A stretch of 54,020 nt of DNA. Origin: Octopus bimaculoides. Its lineage: Eukaryota. Where the stretch lies: the NCBI RefSeq assembly GCF_001194135.2, contig NC_068999.1, positions 26,520,274 to 26,574,293 on the forward strand. The letters run 5' to 3'. Shown one piece after another: positions 49,543-54,020 of the stretch. A program made the translations under genes and the position numbers. The first letter of the stretch is position 1, and each line of letters begins with the position of its first letter. Under the pieces are notes generated by a model, which saw only the letters and a list, made by a program, of their open reading frames with translations, searched no databases and was not told the origin of the DNA.

Positions 49543-49975
49543 CACCTTGACCAACCAGTCTGTCAGGCATCCATTTGACACCACTGGTCACAGCACTCTG
49601 TCCATTCCTCTCTGGATCGCGCCTTCCTCATCCATGTGGTCCCAATCGCCCTCCTAAAATCGTAACTCCATCATCATGAAGGCCTTCCAAGTGGTCGTTT
49701 TCGCTCACGTGGGTACCACTCAACAACTGCGCGGGTCCACTGATTATTGGTGAGCCGGGCGACGTGTCCAGCCCATCTAAACTTGCGGCGCGTATATTCT
49801 ATGATGACAGCCCTCGTGCCGGATTTCTGTCTGATGACCTTACTACTGATGTGCTCTCTCAACGAGATTCCAAGCATTGACCTTGCTCTCTCAGTTGTTA
49901 GTCGATATAACGTGACAACTTGTTCAGAATTATCTTTGTGAACAGCTTGTACACGTGAGACAGCAGGCATATGGG
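49543..49975 (-). mobile_element. RTE-type LINE 3' fragment (different subfamily)
   Basis: KFRWAGHVAR...WTRAVVEWYPRERKRPLGRP. Confidence 0.8.
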
Positions 49976-50029
49976 TTAGTAGTTCTTTAGATCTTCTCTA
50001 TCGCTCTTCTTATATAGCAGGATGGTATT

Positions 50030-53000
50030 TGACTCATAGTGGTGGATGGCCACCACTAACACCAGAGACCCCTGCAAAGATATCACACCCATATTCCTAC
50101 CTGACTACTCATATAACAAAAAGGATAGAAAGAGACAACACATGAATATGCAAATTCTATTTGAAAGGTGTCTGCTGGCATGGAGAGGAAGGTGCAGGCT
50201 ACTGTTTTGCACACCAAAGATCCCGCCACATAAACATGAAACAGGGAAGAAACCACCTGCCAAAAGGAATGGACTACACACTACCTGCCCCAAAACGGAG
50301 GTACGCAGATGTAGTGCGTGCTACAAACCAGACCTATCATGTTGAAAGGGCAGCTGCTGAACAACAATCTTTTTTGTGCATGGCACAAAAGATGGTACAG
50401 CAACTGACCTGGCTACAATCTCACAGATGGGACTATCCCCAATACACAAGACCACCACAGCAAATAGACCCAAGGTGGGCACCACTGGCAACAACACACC
50501 CATCACATCGGTGCTCTTACTGAACATCAGGGGACTGTTAACACTTAGTAACAGAACAAAAATCCCTTTCTTGAGAGACCTTGTTGCTTGCAAACAAGCC
50601 TTATGCATAGCACTTACGGAAACACCTGAAACCAGATATAGCAAATGCAGAAATACACATGTCACAGTATGTTGTATTACGGACTGACAGGAAAGAAAGG
50701 AGTCATGGTGGAGTTGCTATGTACATCTGCAAAGACCTCACACCCCAGGTCCTTTTGTTACACTCAAATTCAGTATGTGACACACTAATTGTACATTTAA
50801 GACAACTCAGTGTAGTTATATGTGCTACATATCGCCCTCCAGATGCTCCAAATCATGTAGGCAAGTTTGAAGACCGCCTTACAAAGATAGAAGTTCTAGT
50901 CACATTAGAACAACACATAAGCGTACTTCTTATGGAAGACTCCAAGGAATGACGCAATACGAACAAGGACAGGTGAAGTTCCTCCTGAACCTCGCCAACA
51001 CTTTGTACATGGAACAAATAGTATTAGAACCAACCAGGGCAGGTAACATACTGGATCTCTGCTTCACAAATACTATGGATCTCATCCACAATGTGAAAGT
51101 GACACTGATGCTACTCTCGGATCACAACATGGTAGAGCTGACCAAGTATGGACCAAAGGAAACCATGGACACACAGCCTACAAGAAACTCTCAGAATCTT
51201 TTCAATTTGAACTTCCATAAAACAAACTGGAAACAAATTGAGAAAGAGATCCTCAAACAAAACTGGCCTAAATGTCTCTCCTCACTGGACATCGACATGA
51301 AACTTCAACAATTCATGTCTGTAATGCAAGCCATATGCTACCAATGTGTCCCGGAGAGAAAGGCCACTGTACACAAGAACAAAATCCCCAGGGAGAGGGA
51401 AATTCTTATGAGATGGTGTACAAAAGTTTCAAATCGCCTAAACAAATAAATTGAAAGCAGTGAAAAGTCCCGCCTGAAAATACAACTTCTGGAGATTGAA
51501 AAAAATCTGCAACTCTCCCATGAAAAAGAAAGAGCAGACAAAGAAGCCTGGGCTATAGACAATATAAAATCTAACCCCAGAGCTTTCTACAAGTTTGCCA
51601 AAGAAACAGCTTCAGTGCACTGCAGGATAGGGCCACTCCTCGAAAAAGATGGTACACTAACAGGAAACCCAAGGAGGATAAGTGAAATACTAAATGAGTA
51701 ATTCAAGTGTTTTCACTTCACCCCTAGGGCACTTTCGAGTCAGCAATCCAACTGACTTTTTTACCACTGCAGATATAAAAACAGAGGCAATGATGATTGA
51801 TTACATCGATATAAAGGAAGACGATGTAATAAAGGCTATAGATGAATTGAACCCAAACTCAGCTACTGGCCCTGATGGGTTCCCAGCAATCCTTCTAAAA
51901 GTATGTAAGTGAGTCCTAGCAAGACCACTGCAGTCCCTCTTTCAGAGCTTCATTGCATCTGGCAAACTCCCAAGAAAACTGAAGGAGGGTAAAATATGCC
52001 CTATTCATAAAGGAGGTAGCAGAGTGGANNNNNNNNNNNNNNNNNNNNNNNNNNNNNNNNNNNNNNNNNNNNNNNNNNNNNNNNNNNNNNNNNNNNNNNN
52101 NNNNNNNNNNNNNNNNNNNNNNNNNNNNNNNNNNNNNNNNNNNNNNNNNNNNNNNNNNNNNNNNNNNNNNNNNNNNNNNNNNNNNNNNNNNNNNNNNNNN
52201 NNNATGTCACAAACTGTGTGATCTCGGCATAGTTGGAAAATTGGAAGAATGGCTTCATGACTTTCTGAAGGATAGAAGTCAGGTGGTAGTAGCCAATGGG
52301 GCCACCTCCAATGACACGCAAATAGTGAGCGGTGTTCCGCAAGTCACTGTTTTGGGACCACTATTGTTCATAATGGCCCTCTCAGACATGCCCTCAGCCA
52401 CACAGAGAGCCACGATCACAAGTTATGCAGATGATACAAAAGTCTCACAGGTAATACAGAACCCTGAAGACACTATGCACCCACAATGTGAGCTGGATGA
52501 AATATACAAGTGGGCTGAAAAGAATAGCATGCAGTTTAATGCTGAAAAGTTTCAAGCCTTGTGCTATCAGTATGCAAAACCAAATGCAATACCCATTAAA
52601 TACACTGGACCTCGAGGGACTGCGATCCCAGAGGCACAGTCAGTGCAAGACCTGGGCATTTACATGAGTAATGATACATCCTTTCATGTGCATGTTGCTA
52701 AATTGGCAATAAAATGCAGGCGGCAGACCAGATGGATTCTTTTAGAACAAGAGATCAGGAAACCATGATGGTCCTCTGGAGGACACTTGTCCTAAGCCAC
52801 TTTGACTATTGCTCTCAGCTATGGTCACCAACCAGTGTTAAATTAATCTCAGAACTTGAGGCAATCCAACAAAGCTACACAAAGAAGATAGCCTCTATGC
52901 AGCATATGAGCTATTGGGAAAGACTCAAGAGATTAAGACTATTCCTTAGAGCGTAGGCGAGAAAGATTTGCCATAATATACATCTGGAAGATCCTCAAAT

Positions 53001-53265
53001 GACTTGTCCCAAACTTTGGCATTGAAAGTTACACAAATACTAGAATTGGGTGCCACTGCATAGTGCCAAGGACTCCAAATTTGCCATCAAGATGTGGGAC
53101 AAGATACTACAATAGCCTGGGCTTCGGAGGTCCACAGCTCTTCAATATCTTCCTGAAGGACCTGAGAGGTCAATTCCTGAAAAGCATTCATGAAGTAAAA
53201 TTATGTAGCAACACCAAATGGCGGTGTCCCAGCATGGCCACAGCTCGAGCTGAAACTAGATAAAA
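50030..53265 (+). mobile_element. CR1/L2-group LINE, near full length, decayed (ORF1 remnant, APE EN, RT, 3' tail)
   Basis: LLLNIRGL, GGVAMYI, TYRPP, GNILDLCFTN, SDHN; GVPQVTVLGPLLF, SYADDTK, DYCSQLWSP; A-rich end. Confidence 0.88.
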
Positions 53266-53719
53266 TGAAAAAAAAAAAATGTTTGTGTATGTGTGTGTGT
53301 ATATATATATATGTATGTATGTATGTATATGTATGTGTATATGAGTATGTATATGTATGTATGATAGATCGCTAGCCACTACACATATATATATATATAT
53401 ATATATATGTATGCATATGTATGTATGATACATCGCTAGTGACTACATATTCTTAATTTTCTCTCCTTGTTTCTTTCTGTGTTCCTTTCTGTGGAAGAGT
53501 GTAGGCTTGAAACGTTAAAGACTTTCACTTCACGAGTGTTAAACTAATACATCTGTTTGTTGTTTACACCACCCGTTTTCGTCTTTTGTTTGTTTGTGAT
53601 TTCTCCCCCCCCCTATATATATGTGTGTGTGTGTATATGTATACACGAATGTGTGCATGTATGTATATGTATTGTATGTGTTTTTGTATGTGTTGTGTCT
53701 GTATTTGTATGTGTGTGTG

Positions 53720-54020
53720 TATCATCATCATCATCATCATCGTTTAACGTCCGCTTTCCATGCTAGCATGGGTTGGACGATTTGACTGAGGACTGGTGAA
53801 ACCGGATGGCAACACCAGGCTCCAATCTAAATTTGGCAGAGTTTCTACAGCTGGATGCCCTTCCTAACGCCAACCACTCAGAGAGTGTAGTAGGTGCTTT
53901 TACGTGTCACCTGCACGAAGGCCAGTCAGGCGATACTGGCAACGGCCACGCTCGAAATGGTGTCTTTTATGTGCCACCCGCACAAGCCAGTCCAGGGGCA
54001 CTGGCAACGATCTCACTCGA
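53720..54020 (-). mobile_element. Young SINE family B with internal tandem units (runs off window)
   Basis: (ATC)n tail; near-identity to 11017-11180. Confidence 0.85.

Overview
Eukaryotic, AT-rich, repeat-dense DNA. The SINE and microsatellite landscape suggests an octopus or other coleoid cephalopod (inference). There are four N gaps: 5425-6199, 14142-14717, 24278-24658 and 52029-52203. One host gene dominates, a minus-strand ubiquitin-specific protease (USP, peptidase C19). I could splice 15 coding exons by hand (47046->13075; 4287 nt, 1428 aa + stop), all with GT-AG junctions and consistent phases. The catalytic Cys, His and Asn-Asp boxes are intact. The C-terminal half resembles USP32 and the USP4/11/15 clade, but there are no N-terminal DUSP/UBL/EF-hand domains. 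The main surprise is an 8-ligand RING-like zinc finger inserted inside the catalytic domain. It is split over three exons, one a 42-nt symmetric micro-exon, so it is invisible in the ORF track. Introns and flanks hold decayed RTE, CR1-like, Tx1-like and Penelope retroelements, three Tc1/mariner elements (one DD37E) and a complete non-coding LTR element with TSD, PBS and PPT. They also hold a solo LTR, an orphan gag, a 91-bp mini-Helitron, piggyBac-type and fold-back MITEs, many SINEs (one family sharing its 3' stem-loop with the CR1-like LINE) and a repeated hammerhead-like motif. No CRISPR, rRNA or true tRNA genes were seen.
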